From Octopus bimaculoides (Eukaryota), in NCBI RefSeq assembly GCF_001194135.2, contig NC_068995.1, forward strand, positions 50,092,852 through 50,156,851: a stretch of DNA of 64,000 nucleotides. The letters are read 5' to 3'. A program made the translations under genes and the position numbers. Shown here in pieces: positions 60,906 through 64,000 of this stretch. The notes under the pieces were generated by a model. It searched no databases, was not told the DNA's origin, and saw nothing but the letters and a program-made list of their open reading frames with translations. Position 1 is the stretch's first letter, and the number at the start of each line of letters is the position of its first letter.

Positions 60906-62320
60906 AATAATATATAACCCCTGGCAAGATAAAAAGTAAAGCTGGTCTACCTCAACCAAACAAATCTATTATCAAAAGTGTTCAAGATGTTTTTAGGGGT
61001 TTGATTTAAGTGATATTTGGCTGCTATTTCTTGCATGTTGAGTGAGTGCTCATTTGGTGGGGGGGGGGGTCATAACTTGAGCTGTTCATGAGTCATGGTT
61101 TCTCTTTGATACGCCTCACAATTACAAAACCACAAAATCCGAGAAAACTTTATAGTTGTTTTGTTGACATGGGGTGAAAACTGAGGGCAAAACTTGTTCA
61201 TACTGTACCAAGGACAGCAACAACGTATGTTTTTGCACAACAAACCTAAACCACCGCCCAATTAAACACCATTACTATTATCTAGACTACGGGTTCCTTT
61301 AACAGTATTCATTTTGTTGTGAGTATTTGGACCTGGAATACAGTCTGTGTTATGATTCCTTCTCCAACAAGGAAAGAAGCCTCTACATGGCCACTTAGAG
61401 GGAGCACCATCCAAAAAAATGAAAGGAAAAAGTAACCTCATTGGGATTTGAACTCAGAATCTAAGGAGCTAGAACAAATTACTGTAAGGTATTTTCTCCT
61501 GAAGCTCTAATGATTCTACCAATCCACCGTCTTACATTGATTTGTAATAATATTCCCAATACAGTAGAACTAATGCAGTGAGCATAGACAACCTTTTTTT
61601 TGAGAAGTGGGCTACATGAGAAATAGCCCCTCATTTGGCAGGGTCCACTACAAAGTTAAAAAAAAAAAACTTCCTGAATCAATGATTCACTTTAGTTAAA
61701 ATTCACGAATAAACCACATTCACCACTTTTTATCTTTCCACTTTTTCTTCATCAAATCCTCAATTCTTTTAAATGTTGAATAGATTTCTTACATGTCTAA
61801 CAACTGAATCCTAAACTGTATAATTAGGTAGATGTAAAGTGGTCGTAGTGGTGATTGTTAGGGGATAGTGGTAGTGATGGAAGAAGTAGAAGTAGAAGAA
61901 TGACAAATATTTTCGTTTTCTTTCTCAGATACATCAGCTGACTTAGTTCAGTCAAACCAAATAAAGTAATTCTTGAATGTGTAATTATGCCATGATAGCA
62001 AATAAAATAGGATCTGACGTTTTTTGAGAACTGTCTTTTTATCAAAGAAAGACAAACAAAACCTTTCCAGTCTCTCTCTCTCTCTCTCAGATAAAGTGAT
62101 AATCCCAAAGTCTTACATTCCTTTTCTCCCTGCAACATACAAACTGATCTAAATTCCTGAGCTTTATTATGTAATTTTTGCTGATGTAAACCACCATGAG
62201 TTTACCAGTCTGTTATCTTTCTGCTGAGTAATCTGTTTGCCTTTTGGAGTGGAGTAAAATAGAAAGACTGTAGCAAGGACACCATGCCTCCTTAACTCGA
62301 CTGAATTAATGGTTTTGTTA

Positions 62321-62351
<31 letters not shown>

Positions 62352-62364
62352 GCTACTTATTTCT

Positions 62365-62580
62365 TTATTGCCCACAAGGGGCTAAACATAGAGGGGACAA
62401 ACAAAGGAATTAAGTCGATTACATCGATCCCAGTGCGTAACTGGTACTTAATTTATCGACCCCGAAAGGATGAAAGGCAAAGTCGACCTCGGCGGAATTT
62501 GAACTCAGAACATAACGGCAGACAAAGTACAGCTAAGCATTTCGCCCGGCGTGCTAACGATTCTGCCAGCTCGCCGCTGC
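62365..62580 (-). mobile_element. SINE family B, little diverged, between (CTA)n tracts
   Basis: gtcgattacatcgatcccagtgcgtaactggtacttaatttatcgaccccgaaaggatgaaaggcaaagtcgacctcggcggaatttgaactcagaac...ctgccagctcgccgc. Confidence 0.85.
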
Positions 62581-64000
62581 TACTACTACAACAATTACTA
62601 CTACTACAACAACTACTACTACTACTACAACAACTACTACTACTAGAGACCTGGCTTCAGAGAAACAGACTAAAATAAAATTATCAATATTAGAAAATCT
62701 GCCAGGGAAGCCTTCCACGTAAAGAACATATGATTAAATATAGGCTGACACAATGGAGTGAACCCAAAAAGAAATTTTGATCAATGGAAAGGTTATGTCA
62801 ATGATGTTAATGGCAAGTCTTTGTCAAAAAAGGCAAAAGAGAGAATCCTGTGATATTCAAATTGAAAATTTAATTTAAAATTGAACAGGATTGTCTAATC
62901 TTTGGTTTGGTAAAGAAGTAGAAAACCTTAGACATGTCTTGTTTATCTTATTAAACCTTCTCAGTGAAATCTCTAACACACGTCCATACCAGAAATTAGA
63001 ATGACTGAGGTGGTGGTGGTGATGGTACATAAAATTATTTCTGTCAAAAAATATCCATAAACAACAGCATTGTCAGCAACAGTTGCAGCTGTTGCCACAA
63101 CGTGATGATGTAACCTATATTTCGTAGTTTGTGGCAATTTGTTATGATTATGTCACTGCAGACAAGTCTGACATAATCCATAATAACGGTGACATGTTAT
63201 TAGAATATAAATGGTGGTGTTTCTTTTCATGTGGTCCGAGTGTGGTGCTTTCTTCTATAATTCATGTGAGCTGTAAATGTCAAAGAAATGTTGAATGCAA
63301 TAATTATTAGCATTTTGGCGTGGTTCGTTCATGTTGTAATTGTTGTTCAGCTCCAGATCAGCCCTGCTTGGACAGTCCTTTGGTCTGAGACATTCTAGTC
63401 ATGCCCATCTTGCACAATATCTATGACAACAATATCTAATGTACTGCTTCCTTACTTAAGACAGTAGGGTATGATCTGAAGGAAATTTGACTGCTATATC
63501 TAGCTGGTTGAGTGACCACTTAGCATCTTTGTTGGCTCACAATTAGACACATATCAATCATGATCAAGTAGACCTCTTATTAAAGACAGTCCAGCCATGA
63601 CCATTCAGTGTGTTTGTACAACAGAGAGTACATTGTATGATGTGTCATTATTAATGACCTGTCAAGCATGCTCCACATCTCACCTCCCTACCCATCCCCA
63701 TTGCTTCAAGGCACATATAACGTCCCCTAATTCTTTATTCTACCAGTTACAGCCATTTCCCCTACTTCCATCCATCATTCTCATTAGCATCCCTTCCCAT
63801 AGGCATCCAACTATCCCCTGCTTCATAATCTCTCTCCTTTGCCATACTTCATCTTAAAACTGCTCATATCTGCTAGCATTCCCAACGCCAGCTGAGTGGA
63901 CTGGAGCAATGTGAAATGAAGTGTTTTGCTCAAGGACGTAATGTGTTGCCCAGTCCAGGAATTGAAACCACAATGTCAAGATCATGAGTCCGACACCCTA

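Noticed and set aside
57000-64000. Further INTS14 exons (expected ...YSxADSKKKSNLM... segment)
   Set aside because: No matching minus-strand translation with splice sites was found by eye; these exons probably lie beyond the window.

Overview
Eukaryotic, AT-rich, repeat-dense scaffold with N-gaps. The SINE families and microsatellites look like those of Octopus (inferred from repeat recognition, no search run). Three protein-coding genes are supportable. (1) A divergent multi-BH Bcl-2-family gene on the minus strand, with coding exons 23688-23173 and 16796-16692 (206 aa). Its intron falls exactly after the BH2 tryptophan, its BH1 reads HWRR instead of NWGR, and it has a C-terminal hydrophobic tail. 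(2) Oriented head-to-head with it, a small plus-strand gene (CDS 32806-33081, 91 aa) with two tandem BH3 motifs, i.e. a candidate BH3-only protein. (3) The last three coding exons of INTS14/VWA9 on the minus strand. The first 12 kb is a tandem array of about 9 diverged, apparently non-coding cassettes 1.1-2.1 kb apart. A typical cassette has a TATA-like box and an Inr-like site about 30 bp apart, then a 155-180 nt exon-like segment that folds into a hairpin with compensatory changes and carries a near-invariant 20-mer (TTATCTGCTCTTACATTCCT), then a 5' splice site. An INTS14 intron carries a minisatellite made of continuous heat-shock-element pentamers. The rest is SINEs, MITEs, LINE, mariner and hAT remnants, and microsatellites. 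Best candidates for an undescribed system: the promoter/hairpin-exon array, and the linked Bcl-2-like / double-BH3 gene pair.
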